NCBI GenBank assembly: GCA_963665095.1
Contig: OY762069.1
Location: forward strand, 6,080,001 to 6,144,000
Length of the DNA stretch: 64,000 nucleotides
Source of the DNA: an uncultured Desulfobacter sp.
GTDB taxonomy: Bacteria; Desulfobacterota; Desulfobacteria; Desulfobacterales; Desulfobacteraceae
Direction: 5' to 3'
Position 1 is the first letter of the stretch. The number at the start of each line of letters is the position of its first letter. Below, one piece after another: positions 29,213 to 39,958 of the stretch. The notes below the pieces were generated by a model, which saw only the letters and a program-made list of their open reading frames with translations, searched no databases and was not told where the DNA came from. The position numbers and the translations under genes were made by a program.

Positions 29213-30274
29213 TTACTGGACATCTGTGATGCCCACCTCCTCCCAGGTTTTAATATCTGCCAGGATCCGGGTGGACAGATCCAGCAGTTCCATGCAGACG
29301 GCTGCACCTGTGCCTTCTCCAAGCCGGAACCGCAGATCAATAAGCGCTTCAAGCCCCAGGTGGTCGTGCATATAGGTATGGCCGATTTCCACAGATTTAT
29401 GGCTGGCAAACAGATAATTTTTTGCGGCCGGACACAGTTCGCAGGCAATGAGCGCCCCTGCCGTGGAGATCAGCCCGTCACAGATCACGGGAATGCCTCT
29501 GGCTGCCGCACCGATCACCAGACCGGCCAGCCCGCCAATCTCAAGCCCGCCCACCTTGGACAGGACACCCAGGGGATCTTTGGGGTCAGGCCGGTGAAGG
29601 GTTAAGCCCTTTTTGATGACATTGATTTTATTTTCAAGCGCCTTGTCATCAATGCCGGTGCCCCGCCCTGTGAGCTTTTCGACCTCAATTCCGGAAAACG
29701 CGGCAATTACGGCTGCAGAAGGGGTGGTGTTGCCGATACCCATATCTCCGGTACCTAGGAGATCAATGGGTCTTTTCGCATGCAGCTCATTAACAATTTC
29801 AATGCCGGCTTCAAGGGTTTTTATCGCTTCTTCCCGGGTCATTGCCGGCTCTTTGGTGAAATTGGCCGTGCCGTGGCGCACCTTTTTGTGGAAAATGGGC
29901 AGATCCGGTGCAAAGTCATGGGCGACGCCGATATCGGCCGCACTGACCTCAGCCCCGGCATGTTTGCCGATCACATTGACCGAAGCCCCGCCATTGACAA
30001 AATTATAGACCATCTGGGGGGTGACTTCGGCGGGAAAGAGGCTCACCCCTTCTTCCACAACGCCGTGGTCACCGGCGCAGGTGACGATATGCTTATTGGT
30101 CAGTTGAACGTCAATACACCCTTTGATCCCTGCAAGCCGGGCAGAGATGTCTTCCATGACGCCAAGGCAGCCGGCCGGCCTGGCCTGGTTGGCCAGTCGC
30201 TCCCTGGCAAGGTTGTAAGCATCTTCGTTAATGGTCGGTTGAATCCTTTTTAATGTCTCTTCAAGTAAGCTCAT
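29213..30274 (-). CDS. cobT: Nicotinate-nucleotide:benzimidazole phosphoribosyltransferase
   Basis: AGDHGV, GDMGIGNTT, GRGTG, GGLEI, SHKSVE and RLGEGTGA motifs. Confidence 0.95.
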   Translation of the reverse strand: MSLLEETLKRIQPTINEDAYNLARERLANQARPAGCLGVMEDISARLAGIKGCIDVQLTNKHIVTCAGDHGVVEEGVSLFPAEVTPQMVYNFVNGGASVNVIGKHAGAEVSAADIGVAHDFAPDLPIFHKKVRHGTANFTKEPAMTREEAIKTLEAGIEIVNELHAKRPIDLLGTGDMGIGNTTPSAAVIAAFSGIEVEKLTGRGTGIDDKALENKINVIKKGLTLHRPDPKDPLGVLSKVGGLEIGGLAGLVIGAAARGIPVICDGLISTAGALIACELCPAAKNYLFASHKSVEIGHTYMHDHLGLEALIDLRFRLGEGTGAAVCMELLDLSTRILADIKTWEEVGITDVQ

Positions 30275-31587
30275 GCTGAAATCCTTTTGCTGTCTGTGAT
30301 ATCTTTTTCAAACACTTCCATGCCCTTTTTCATGGCACAGAAATCTCCGCACATGGTGCAGGTCTTTTGTTCCGCAGGAGAGCGGTCCTGTCTGGTCTTC
30401 CGGGCAATTTCGGGGAACAGAAGGCAGGATTCCAGATCATCCCAGCGCATATCGCGCCGGGCCATGGCGGCGTTTTTTTCATTATCGCGTCGGTCCGGAT
30501 ATTTTGCAATATCGCCGATACGAAGGGCCAGTTTTGTGGCCCGGATCCCTTCTTTTACATCTGCCACATTGGGAAGCGCCAGATGTTCGGCCGGGGTGAT
30601 GTAGCAGATCAGATCGGCGCCGTAGCGTGCGGAGTTGGCTGCGCCAATGGCCGCAGAGATGTGGTCATACCCGGCCCCGGTGTCACAGGGAATGGGGCCT
30701 AACACGTAATAGGGGGCATTGCCGGACATCCGCTTTTCCAGCATGATGTTGCCCTCAATTTCATCCAGGGGTACGTGGCCGGGGCCTTCCACCATCATCT
30801 GACAGCCCATGTCACGGCCGAGTTCAGCCAGTTCGCAGTTGATGATCATCTCTGCCATCTGAGCCCTGTCATGGCTGTCATGGATGGCCCCGGCCCTGAT
30901 GCCGTTGCCTAAAGAGAGCACGGCATCATACTTTTTCATCAGGGCGCATACCCGGTCAAACTGTTCATAAAGGGGATTTTCCTTTTTATTGATGTCCATC
31001 CAGGCCACCATGTATGTCCCGCCCTTGGAGGCAAGTCCCCCATATCTGAATCCCTGTTTGCGCAGCCGTTCAATGGTGTACTGGTTGATGCCGCAATGGA
31101 TGGCCATGAAGCTTAACCCGTCCTCCAGCTGTTTTTCAATCAGGTCAAACAGATATTCGGGGTCCAGTTTGCCCGGATTTTTATATTTCCGGATGGTCTC
31201 TTTGAAGGCCTGATACAGGGGGACATTGCCCACGGGCAGGTCTGTGGCCTCAAGCACGGAGCGCCGGATAATATCCAGATCCCCGCCGGCGGACAATTCC
31301 ATAAGGGTGTCTGCCTGCTCTGCCTGGGCAGCCCTTGCCTTTTCCACTTCAAACCGGACATCACAGATATCCGAGGACGTGCCGATGGAGGCGTTGATTT
31401 TTGTCCGAAGACCGGTTCCAATGCCCGTCACTTTCTGAGAATGGCGTTTGGGGTTGCATGGGATGACGATCTCCCCTTTTGCCACATGCTCAAGGATAAA
31501 TTGTTCTGTGAGATTTTCGTTTCGGGCAATGATGGTCATCTCCCGGGTGAGAATGCCCTGACGGGCAAGTTCAAGCTGTGTTGCCAT
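30271..31587 (-). CDS. bzaF: ThiC-family radical SAM enzyme, most likely 5-hydroxybenzimidazole synthase BzaF
   Basis: ThiC fold motifs (KINASIGTS, EGPGHVP, GYDHI, YITPAEHL, CTMCGDFC); coupled to cobT and under a cobalamin riboswitch; GAGG RBS before ATG 31587. Confidence 0.8.
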   Translation of the reverse strand: MATQLELARQGILTREMTIIARNENLTEQFILEHVAKGEIVIPCNPKRHSQKVTGIGTGLRTKINASIGTSSDICDVRFEVEKARAAQAEQADTLMELSAGGDLDIIRRSVLEATDLPVGNVPLYQAFKETIRKYKNPGKLDPEYLFDLIEKQLEDGLSFMAIHCGINQYTIERLRKQGFRYGGLASKGGTYMVAWMDINKKENPLYEQFDRVCALMKKYDAVLSLGNGIRAGAIHDSHDRAQMAEMIINCELAELGRDMGCQMMVEGPGHVPLDEIEGNIMLEKRMSGNAPYYVLGPIPCDTGAGYDHISAAIGAANSARYGADLICYITPAEHLALPNVADVKEGIRATKLALRIGDIAKYPDRRDNEKNAAMARRDMRWDDLESCLLFPEIARKTRQDRSPAEQKTCTMCGDFCAMKKGMEVFEKDITDSKRISA

Positions 31588-31618
31588 AGTTTCCTCGCTA
31601 GGCTGTGTCTGCAAAACC

Positions 31619-31660
31619 CAAAAAAGGCTTCGCAGAAAGGTAAATTCCTGCAAAACCCTT
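31619..31660 (-). terminator. Leader intrinsic terminator (riboswitch expression platform)
   Basis: Minus strand AGGGTTTTGCAGGA-loop-TTCTGCGAAGCCT followed by a T run, between aptamer and start codon. Confidence 0.7.
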
Positions 31661-31694
31661 TACCATCAGGTTTTGTTGCTTGATATTCATGTTC

Positions 31695-31845
31695 CCCCGG
31701 GCACGTCTTCTGACTTGCGGCATTAGATCTGTTTTTGCCTTCCCGAAATCCAGTGGCATATAAAAACAGATATTTCCGGTTACAGCGGCGGGACCGTCAG
31801 GGAATTTCACCCTGTTCCGTTTACCTGGGAGCAACCTAATAGCCC
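31695..31845 (-). promoter_or_regulatory. Cobalamin (B12) riboswitch
   Basis: Minus strand AAACGGAA-CAGGGTGAAATTCCCTG-ACGGTCCCGCCGCTGTAA...GCCACTGG...GGGAAGGC...AAGTCAGAAGACGTGCC. Confidence 0.92.
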
Positions 31846-32057
31846 TGTTTTATACTTGGGAACCAGAGGGAAGTCAACATGCTCCCGGGGTATTCGCATA
31901 CAAAATAAGGTTGCTCTCCTAATTTTGGGATAACACCATTTTCATACCATTTTTATCTTTTATGGTTTGACAAAGTAGTATAGGTTAAACTGGTTAAATG
32001 CAGTCTGCCTGATATAACTGATCCGTCTTCCTTTTCATATATTTACAGATATCGGAG

Positions 32058-33182
32058 ATGCAGATGGGAATTTCTAAATTTAAATTATATGAATTCATAA
32101 AATTGACACCGTTCTTTCGGTATAGGGAGTATGAGCTGAAGGACCGTCTATCTGTAATTTTTCTATTAACCGGTTTTATATGTTCCGGAATTGCCTTTAT
32201 TCTGACTTTGATTTTTCAGATGCCGTTTTGGATGAATTCATTCAACCTGACATGTATGTTAATATGTCTGTTATTGCCTATGATATTGTATGACAGGCTA
32301 TTTCAATCCACTATCTTTGTCCTGCTGTTTGTTGCTGTTATCTATTTCCCGTTTATGTTTTTTACGAATGCAGGCAACTATGGCAGCGCACCCATCTATT
32401 TTGTTATGATTATGGTCTATTTTGCCTTTTATTTAAAAGGCATCTGGTTTTTCATCACGTTCTCAGTACTGCTCACTTACTATATCATTATTATGATTTA
32501 CGGATATATACACCCCGAACTGGTAATTCCATATCCTGATGCAATGTCGGGGTTGATTGATTTATGTGCGAGTGTCATTGCTGTTTCTATTGTCATGTCG
32601 ATTATCGCCGGGACTACTTTTTCAAGTTATAATAAGGAAAGGGATCACGTTATCTCCCTTATGGATGAATTGGAGTACAAAAACAAGGAGCTGGAGCTGT
32701 TGGCAATCAAAGATCAGCTTACCGGTGTATTTAACCGGAGACACTTCTCCAAAGTTCTTGAAGAGGAATTAATACTGGCTGAAAAAGAACAAAAATCTTT
32801 TTATTTACTGATGATTGATATCGACTATTTTAAAAAGATCAATGACACTTATGGCCATTTATACGGTGACGAAATCCTGAAGCTTGTAGCAAACTGTATT
32901 AAAGATTCCATCAGAAACCATGACGTCCTTGCCAGATTCGGCGGGGAGGAATTTATCGTCCTGTTATCTAAGGCTGAGAACGCGGACGGATACCAGCTCG
33001 CTGAAAGAATAAGGGAAAAAGTCAGTCAGATTGAATACAGGAACGAGCGTCAGGTAACCGTAAGCATCGGCATCACAAAATACATGAAAGGTGACAGAAC
33101 TGTTGATATTATCAAAAGGGCCGATGATCTGTTATACGCCGCTAAGGAAAATGGAAGAAATCGAGTGGAGAGTAATCTATAG
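32058..33182 (+). CDS. Membrane-bound diguanylate cyclase (GGEEF)
   Basis: About six TM helices, DQLTG, DIDYFKKINDTYGH, RxxD I-site RNHD, GGEEF. Confidence 0.93.
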   Translation: MQMGISKFKLYEFIKLTPFFRYREYELKDRLSVIFLLTGFICSGIAFILTLIFQMPFWMNSFNLTCMLICLLLPMILYDRLFQSTIFVLLFVAVIYFPFMFFTNAGNYGSAPIYFVMIMVYFAFYLKGIWFFITFSVLLTYYIIIMIYGYIHPELVIPYPDAMSGLIDLCASVIAVSIVMSIIAGTTFSSYNKERDHVISLMDELEYKNKELELLAIKDQLTGVFNRRHFSKVLEEELILAEKEQKSFYLLMIDIDYFKKINDTYGHLYGDEILKLVANCIKDSIRNHDVLARFGGEEFIVLLSKAENADGYQLAERIREKVSQIEYRNERQVTVSIGITKYMKGDRTVDIIKRADDLLYAAKENGRNRVESNL

Positions 33183-33191
33183 CCATAGCGG

Positions 33192-33752
33192 TTATACCTC
33201 ATTGATGAAGTTATACATCAGTATATCATCTATATATGTCCCCTTTGACAATTGATACTCACGCAGGCGGCGACCTTCCTCTTTGAATCCCACTTTTTTA
33301 TACAATTGCAACGCTGGAACATTAGTACTGAACACGGCCAGTGTAACTTTCTCAATCAAAGGATTTCCACGGGCCCATTCAAGCAATGTTGTTAAAAGCG
33401 CCATGCCTACTCCTCGCTGCCTCCATTTTGCATGTACTGACATCCCAAATCTTCCCACGTGTTGATTTCTTTCTCTTTGGTAATTTTGAAAATCAAGCAG
33501 GCCAATTATTTTTTCTTCGTATGCTGCAATGAGAAGAAGGTGGCATGGGTGTTCATGATGACCTTTAATCCAATTGGCCCCTTGATCTTCGGTTAAGTTA
33601 TATTCATGCGCTTGAGTTACTGACCAGTCTGAGTCAATCAACACTTTCCTGGTATAGATGCGTAGTCGTTCAGCATCTGTATTTACAGCCGTACGAATAA
33701 CGATGTCTAAGCCGTTTTTATCAGTGATAATTTTAGAATTGACCTGGGCCAT
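33192..33752 (-). CDS. GNAT-family N-acetyltransferase
   Basis: WRQRGVG acetyl-CoA motif and N..A..LYKKVGF. Confidence 0.9.
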   Translation of the reverse strand: MAQVNSKIITDKNGLDIVIRTAVNTDAERLRIYTRKVLIDSDWSVTQAHEYNLTEDQGANWIKGHHEHPCHLLLIAAYEEKIIGLLDFQNYQRERNQHVGRFGMSVHAKWRQRGVGMALLTTLLEWARGNPLIEKVTLAVFSTNVPALQLYKKVGFKEEGRRLREYQLSKGTYIDDILMYNFINEV

Positions 33753-33917
33753 TATAAAACCATTTTCTATTCAATATTTTTCATAACAGTATTACAGCGA
33801 TCAATTAATCCTTTGTACATCGTATTACTATCCTTTTTCAGACTTTGCAAAGATTTCTTCACAAGCCTGATGCCTGCTGTCGGGAGTGCATTTCTTATCC
33901 TGGCATTAGGCCCGCAG

Positions 33918-35237
33918 TTAAAACTGATGTCCCACTTCCCGGGCCTCCTTTTTGAGCTGGTCCCGGAAATCAGGGTGGGCAATGGCGATCATGGATTCAA
34001 TACGCTGGGCAAGGCTTTTGTTTTTCAGGTCGGCAATGCCATATTCGGTTACAATATAGTGGACATCGGAACGCGGCGTTGTAACGACTGAGCCTAAAGG
34101 AAGGCCTGTGGTGATTTTTGAGACCAGGCCTTTTTTTGTTTCAACGGTTGACGATAATGCGATAAAGGATCTTCCCCCTTTGGAGATCCCGGCACCCCGG
34201 ACAAAGTCCACCTGGCCGCCGGTGGAACTCAGCTGCTGAAAGCCCAAGGATTCAGAGCATACCTGGCCGGTGATATCCGCGCAGAGCGCTGAATTAATGG
34301 AGACCATGTTGTCGTTGGCCCCGATGATGTACGGGTTGTTGATATACTCCACCGGGCGTTTGTCACACATGGCGTTGTGGTCCAGAAAATCGTACATGTC
34401 CCGGCTTCCTGCGGCAAAGGAGAAGACAATTTTCCTGGGATGCAGGGTCTTTTTATGCCCGGTGATCACCCCTATTTTTGCCAGATGAACAACGGAGTCC
34501 ACCAGCATCTCACTGTGAACGCCTAAATCATTGCGGTCTTCCAGGGAGTAGGCAACGGCATTGCCCATGCCGCCGATACCTATCTGAAGGGTATCTCCGT
34601 CTTTTACATGGGGAACAATATGGGCGGCGATCTGTTTGTCGGTTTCCGTTACCGGAGGATTGGGCAGGATGGGGATGTCGTAATCTGCTTCACATATCGC
34701 ATCCACCTCACTGATATGCAGAGTGTTGCACTCACCGTGGACATACGGGGTGTTTTTGTTGATCTGGACAATGATTCGGGTGGCGGTTTTCATGCCTGCG
34801 ATAATCCCTAAAGAAGAGGGTCCCAGATTCATATTGCCGTCTTTATCGGGCGGGGTGCAGGTGGCAAACAGGATACCTGGTTTGAACTGCTCCTGGATGG
34901 TACTGCCCAGCTGGCTTAAATGCATGGAAAAGATATCAATGTTGCCCTGGTTGTAAAATTTTCGTTCCATGGGACCCAGATATCCGCAATGGTTCCGGAT
35001 AATCCCTTTAAACTCCCCTTTCATATAATCAAAGGGCTGCAGCATCAGGCCGCCGTAGAGGTGGACATCTTCAAGCTCCTCCTTTCTGGCGCACAGGGCA
35101 TTGACTAAATGGATGGGCGTATCGGTGACATGGGAAGACCAGATCGTGTCTCCCGATTGAATCATTTTCACTGCATTTTCAGGGGTGGTCAGTTTTTTCT
35201 GATACTCATTCTGCCATGTCATTTGCTGTTCCTCCAT
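33918..35237 (-). CDS. Acetyl-CoA hydrolase/transferase (4-hydroxybutyrate CoA-transferase-like)
   Basis: TLQIGIG, LGVHSEM, GGQVDF and VTEYGIADL motifs. Confidence 0.9.
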   Translation of the reverse strand: MEEQQMTWQNEYQKKLTTPENAVKMIQSGDTIWSSHVTDTPIHLVNALCARKEELEDVHLYGGLMLQPFDYMKGEFKGIIRNHCGYLGPMERKFYNQGNIDIFSMHLSQLGSTIQEQFKPGILFATCTPPDKDGNMNLGPSSLGIIAGMKTATRIIVQINKNTPYVHGECNTLHISEVDAICEADYDIPILPNPPVTETDKQIAAHIVPHVKDGDTLQIGIGGMGNAVAYSLEDRNDLGVHSEMLVDSVVHLAKIGVITGHKKTLHPRKIVFSFAAGSRDMYDFLDHNAMCDKRPVEYINNPYIIGANDNMVSINSALCADITGQVCSESLGFQQLSSTGGQVDFVRGAGISKGGRSFIALSSTVETKKGLVSKITTGLPLGSVVTTPRSDVHYIVTEYGIADLKNKSLAQRIESMIAIAHPDFRDQLKKEAREVGHQF

Positions 35238-35475
35238 GTCTGTGAGTCTTCTTTTAAGCCGGTAAGAATCCGGCGCTTCTTGTTTCTGTGTGTATAAATG
35301 AGGGACGTATTTCTTGTCAATAAAAATTATACTACAGTACTAAAATATATTTGACACCTAAAATAAATTATAATACAGAAAAAGCGGGTCCCTTAAGCCG
35401 GCACGGGCCTGAGCTGACGAGAACTGCCGGATAACAACCTAAAGGTAAGTCGATTCAGAAAAAGGAGTTGGAGAA

Positions 35476-36861
35476 ATGGAACAAAGTTTTATGCCCTACA
35501 TTGGTAGCTTTTTTTGGATGTCGGCACTGCTTCTGATCGGAGCGCTGCTGCGTGCAAAGGTAAGTCTTTTTCAGAAATTTCTTTTCCCGTCCGCCATCAT
35601 TGCCGGCTTTATCGGCTTCATCCTCATGAGTCTGGGATGGGTGGGAATGCCCATCGCCGGCAAATGGACGGGCATTCCCCAGGAGACATTTACGATGATC
35701 ACCACCCATCTGTTTGCCTTCGGGTTTGTGGGCATCGGGCTGATGAGCGGTGACAGCGGCCAGAAAGGAAACGGCAAACAGATCCTGAAGGGCGCGTTGT
35801 GGATGACCTTTCTGTTTCTGGGCATGCTTTATCTGCAGTCCATCATCGGCGTCGTCGTGATGATGGGGTGGGAAAAGGTCACAGGGCAGGGGCTTACGAC
35901 GGCTGTTGGCTTCCTGGCCGGCCACGGATTCACCCAGGGACCGGGACAGACCCTGGCCATTGCAGGCGGATGGGAGAAAATGGGGCTGCCGGACTGCGTC
36001 AGCATCGGTCTTGCCTTCTCCGCCATGGGCTTTTTCGCCGCAGCTCTGGTGGGGGTTCCCATTGCCAACTGGGGCATCAGAAAAGGGTTTACCACCCATA
36101 AAAACCAGACCCTGTCCGATGATTTTCTTGCTGGCATGGAACCAAAGGACACCAACAAGCCCGGTACCTATAACATAACCCACAGCAGTAATGTGGATTC
36201 GCTCTCATTTCATCTGGCCATCATGGGCTTTGTCTACCTGCTCGGTTTCGGCTTAAGCTATGTGCTTCGTTACTATCTTTTCCCCAAATCATTGTGGGGT
36301 GCCACCTTTGGCTTTATCTTCGCCTGGGGTCTGATCATGGCCATTGTTTTCAGAAAGGTGCTTAATAAGTTCGGCGGCGCCAGCCTGATCGACGAAGACA
36401 CGCTGAGACGTCTGACAGGGGTCACGGTGGATTTCATGATTATCTCGGTCATGATGGCGGTAAAAGTAACCACCCTGCAGAAGTATCTGGTTCCCTTCCT
36501 TATCATCACCGTTATTTTAAGCATCATCACCCCGGTCATTATCATTTTTCTGGGGCGTCGCGTGGGAAAATTCGGATTTGAAAGAAGCCTGGTCATGCTG
36601 GGATACTGCACCGGCACCGGTGCCAGCGGGCTTTTACTGCTGCGCCTGGTGGACCCTGATTTCAAGACCACAGCCGCCGTTGAAACCGGTCTGATGAACC
36701 TGTTTGCCCTGCTCACCCTGCCTTTGATTTTCATTATCTTTCTCATGCCCCAGTATGGATTGATGTATCTGTTGAAAATTGAAGCGGCCTTTGGCGTAGG
36801 CATGTTTGTCATCATATTTGTTCTGCATAAACTTAAGTATTTTGGTCCCAAACAGTATTAA
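35476..36861 (+). CDS. Sodium:glutamate symporter (GltS/ESS) family protein
   Basis: PSAIIAG, GFTQGPG re-entrant loop, G..TGT...GL.LLRLVDP. Confidence 0.8.
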   Translation: MEQSFMPYIGSFFWMSALLLIGALLRAKVSLFQKFLFPSAIIAGFIGFILMSLGWVGMPIAGKWTGIPQETFTMITTHLFAFGFVGIGLMSGDSGQKGNGKQILKGALWMTFLFLGMLYLQSIIGVVVMMGWEKVTGQGLTTAVGFLAGHGFTQGPGQTLAIAGGWEKMGLPDCVSIGLAFSAMGFFAAALVGVPIANWGIRKGFTTHKNQTLSDDFLAGMEPKDTNKPGTYNITHSSNVDSLSFHLAIMGFVYLLGFGLSYVLRYYLFPKSLWGATFGFIFAWGLIMAIVFRKVLNKFGGASLIDEDTLRRLTGVTVDFMIISVMMAVKVTTLQKYLVPFLIITVILSIITPVIIIFLGRRVGKFGFERSLVMLGYCTGTGASGLLLLRLVDPDFKTTAAVETGLMNLFALLTLPLIFIIFLMPQYGLMYLLKIEAAFGVGMFVIIFVLHKLKYFGPKQY

Positions 36862-36883
36862 CTTATAAGTATCAGATTTTAAA

Positions 36884-38497
36884 ATGAAAAAAGTAATTTA
36901 TACCAACGCTTCCGTGGTTACCATGGATGAGGAAACTGGTGATGCACGGGCCTTCGGGGTTTTGGGAGACCGGTTTGCCGTAGTCGGCAGTGTTGATCAG
37001 GTAACGGCCTGGGCCGGACCGGGAACCGAAACCGTTGATCTTGGCGGGGCAACTGTCCTGCCGGGATTTATTGAAACCCATAACCATCTGTCCACATACA
37101 GCATTCGTCTGGACCATGTGGACTGTTCGACACCGCCCAACAGCCGGATCGACCAGGTGCTTGAACACCTGAAAGAAGCGGGACGCAAAATTCCTGAGGG
37201 GGGATGGGTATTTGGCTGGGGATTTGATGACAGCCTGATTGATGACAACCGCCATCTCACCCGGGATGATCTTGACGCCATCCTGCCCCATCATTTTGTG
37301 TTTATCACCCACACCAGCGGCCATTTGGCATATGTCAATTCTATGCTGCTGGAGAAACTGCAAATAAATGACACTACCCCTGATCCCGTTGGCGGAGAGA
37401 TTCATCGCGATGCAAATGCCCGGCCAACCGGCCTTCTCAAGGAGATGGCCATTTATCCGGTCATGGCGTTGATTCCCACGCCCGGGAAAGAGGAGATCAA
37501 GGCATTGCTGGAAAAGGGCGTGGCCCACGCCAACCAGAACGGCGTCACCAGTGTCCATGATGCCGCCATCGGTGCAGAGGGCTGCGGCACCACAGTGGTG
37601 AGCGCCTACCTGGAGCTGGCCCGGGAAAACCGGCTGAACCTGCGGGCATACCTCACGCTGTTGAGTTCCTTGTTTGATCAGTACCACGATCTTGGCATGG
37701 CCACGGGGTTCGGCAGTGACATGGTCCGGCTCGGGTCGGTAAAGCTTTTGCAGGACGGTTCCATCCAGGGCCACACCGGATGGCTCAGCTCTCCCTACCA
37801 CGACATGCAGGATTCCGGATTTTCCGGCAATCCCATCATGCCCCAGGAAGACCTGGATGCCCTTGTGGCAAAGTATCACAGGGCAGGGCTTCAGGTGGCC
37901 ATCCACGGCAATGGGGATGCCGCCATTGAATCCATTATCCTGGCTGTTGAACGGGCACAAAAGCAATATGCCAGAAAAGATCCCCGCCATCTGCTGATTC
38001 ATTGCCAGACCGTGCGGGAGGATCAGCTCCCCCGCATGCTGGCCTGCGGTCTTTTGCCCAGCTTTTTTGTCCAGCATGTCTATTACTGGGGGGATCGCCA
38101 CCTTAATATTTTCTTAGGGCCAGACCGGGCGGCAAGAATCAGCCCCCTTGCCTCGGCTTTAAAAGCCGGCCTTGTTTTTACCCTGCATTCAGACCTGCCC
38201 ATTACCCCCATTGACCCCTTGCATTCCATTCACACTGCCGTGAACCGGACAACGCGGAAGGGCAAAGTTCTGGGCAAAGAGCAACGGGTATCTGCTCTGG
38301 ATGCGCTCAAGGCCTATACCACCTGGGCAGCCATGGCAGGGTTTGAGGAAAACATCAAAGGGTCCATCACCCCGGGCAAGCTTGCGGACTGGATTGTGGT
38401 GTCTGACAATCCGCTAACCATATCACCTGAAAAAATAGAGAAGATACGCGTACTTGAAACTGTTGTTGGCGGGAAAACGGTTTATGCGGGCGCATAA
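36884..38497 (+). CDS. Amidohydrolase_3 family (YtcJ/NfdA-like) metal-dependent amidohydrolase
   Basis: PGFIETHNH, K.LQDGS, AIHGNGD, IHCQ, HSD and GKLAD motifs. Confidence 0.88.
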   Translation: MKKVIYTNASVVTMDEETGDARAFGVLGDRFAVVGSVDQVTAWAGPGTETVDLGGATVLPGFIETHNHLSTYSIRLDHVDCSTPPNSRIDQVLEHLKEAGRKIPEGGWVFGWGFDDSLIDDNRHLTRDDLDAILPHHFVFITHTSGHLAYVNSMLLEKLQINDTTPDPVGGEIHRDANARPTGLLKEMAIYPVMALIPTPGKEEIKALLEKGVAHANQNGVTSVHDAAIGAEGCGTTVVSAYLELARENRLNLRAYLTLLSSLFDQYHDLGMATGFGSDMVRLGSVKLLQDGSIQGHTGWLSSPYHDMQDSGFSGNPIMPQEDLDALVAKYHRAGLQVAIHGNGDAAIESIILAVERAQKQYARKDPRHLLIHCQTVREDQLPRMLACGLLPSFFVQHVYYWGDRHLNIFLGPDRAARISPLASALKAGLVFTLHSDLPITPIDPLHSIHTAVNRTTRKGKVLGKEQRVSALDALKAYTTWAAMAGFEENIKGSITPGKLADWIVVSDNPLTISPEKIEKIRVLETVVGGKTVYAGA

Positions 38498-38661
38498 GCC
38501 GTTAAGTTTTCCCATTTGTATTAAATGCAGAAAATTTATGCAGGAGGATTTTACGATTAAATATTCTTGAACGAAATTTGGCAGATTCGGATCTGCCGGA
38601 ACAGCGCCGTGACAAAATCCGGCGTTAACTAACCGTACTTAATGAAGAGGGAGAGATAAAG

Positions 38662-39924
38662 ATGAAGCTGAAAGCTGGTTTGTGTTGGAAAAGTGCGATC
38701 TGCCTATGTATTTGGATGTTGACGATCTCAAGTACCGGTTACAGCATGGAGTTCCTTAAAGATATGTCCTTTCAGGGCACTATCCGGACCACCTATGAGT
38801 ATAATGATATACCTGCCGTTAATTTTGACACGGGGGAGACCGATTTCAGGTCCTGGGAAGAGAGAAACGGGACCTTTGATTTTACCATGTTTGCCGCAGG
38901 GTTTAAGGGAGATTTTGAGAATGGAACCTTTGTGGATGCGCAATATGCCTTCATGCGCAAAACCCAGTTTATCCAGAAGGCGGAATTTGGTTATAAATTT
39001 AACAAACGCAACCGGGTGATCATTGGCAATACCGCGGTTCCCTTTGGTATTGAACCCTATGACTTCCATAATATCGGTTGTAACATCAACCGTCTGCTCG
39101 GTTTCAGTCTTGACCGGGATACCGGTATCAAATATCAGTATGAATATGGCCAGTGGGCATTCCAGACAGCGTTTTTTAAAACGGCCGATTATAAGCGTCC
39201 CGATAACAGGAACCGCTGGACCTATGACGTTGCAACCATGACCCGGTACGACTCCCTGGCTGCATATTATTTCCCCGGAGGGACCAACTCCTACAACTCT
39301 TACGGTTCTGAAAACAACGAAGAGAGCAACCAGTTCAACCTCAAGGCCACCTATACCTTAAAGCACGGCCAGTACAGCCGCACCGAGTTCGGCCTGTACG
39401 GCCAGTGGGGGCAGATCTATAACAGCGCCACCAGCAAAAACGGTGATGCCTGGGCCTGTGGTGCCCATGTGGACGGCAACTGGGGCAGATGGAACCTTCA
39501 GCTGGAGGCCATGACCTATGAGTACAACCCGGAAGATCCAGACGGCGTGGACCGGGATGTTATCCTTATGCAGGGCGTGCTCGATGCGTTCTACATCGCT
39601 TCAAAAGCCAGCCTGTTCACTGCAAACATAGCCTATACCCTGCCGGTGAACTTCGGCCCCGTCACCCATATTAACTTTCACAATGACTATAACATAATGG
39701 TGAAAGCGGAAAATGACTGGCCTGATTCCCACTACAATGCCACGGGCATGCTGTTCATTGCCGGCAGATTCAGGCTTTTTGTGGACCTGATTCTGCAGAA
39801 GAACGTCTGTATGGCCGGCGGCGGCATTGACGGCCTTGCCGGTGCCCGTTATGATAATCCCTATATGCCGGGGTCAAGTGACTGGACCACCACCTTTAAG
39901 ATGGATCTTGGATTTTACTTTTAG
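38662..39924 (+). CDS. Outer-membrane porin-like beta-barrel protein
   Basis: Signal peptide, VPFGI and D.GIKY porin-like motifs, aromatic-rich strands, C-terminal GFYF. Confidence 0.7.
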   Translation: MKLKAGLCWKSAICLCIWMLTISSTGYSMEFLKDMSFQGTIRTTYEYNDIPAVNFDTGETDFRSWEERNGTFDFTMFAAGFKGDFENGTFVDAQYAFMRKTQFIQKAEFGYKFNKRNRVIIGNTAVPFGIEPYDFHNIGCNINRLLGFSLDRDTGIKYQYEYGQWAFQTAFFKTADYKRPDNRNRWTYDVATMTRYDSLAAYYFPGGTNSYNSYGSENNEESNQFNLKATYTLKHGQYSRTEFGLYGQWGQIYNSATSKNGDAWACGAHVDGNWGRWNLQLEAMTYEYNPEDPDGVDRDVILMQGVLDAFYIASKASLFTANIAYTLPVNFGPVTHINFHNDYNIMVKAENDWPDSHYNATGMLFIAGRFRLFVDLILQKNVCMAGGGIDGLAGARYDNPYMPGSSDWTTTFKMDLGFYF

Positions 39925-39958
39925 GAATTATTGAAAAAAATAAAAATGATGATAAGGG

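Noticed and set aside
30271..31653. thiC call and the longer start at 31653
   Set aside because: Cobalamin riboswitch and cobT coupling favour bzaF; the longer start lies within the leader terminator, while ATG 31587 has an RBS.
35380..35460. glmS-ribozyme- or hammerhead-like sequence (AGCG...GCTGACGAG) upstream of the symporter
   Set aside because: The downstream conserved cores (TTATCGAA...GGCGGATG for glmS, a correctly placed GAAA for hammerhead) are missing, and the gene context is wrong.
36872..38101. 409-aa antisense ORF, and the many other shadow ORFs in the track
   Set aside because: Lies wholly opposite a well-supported gene and has no motifs; expected from codon bias.
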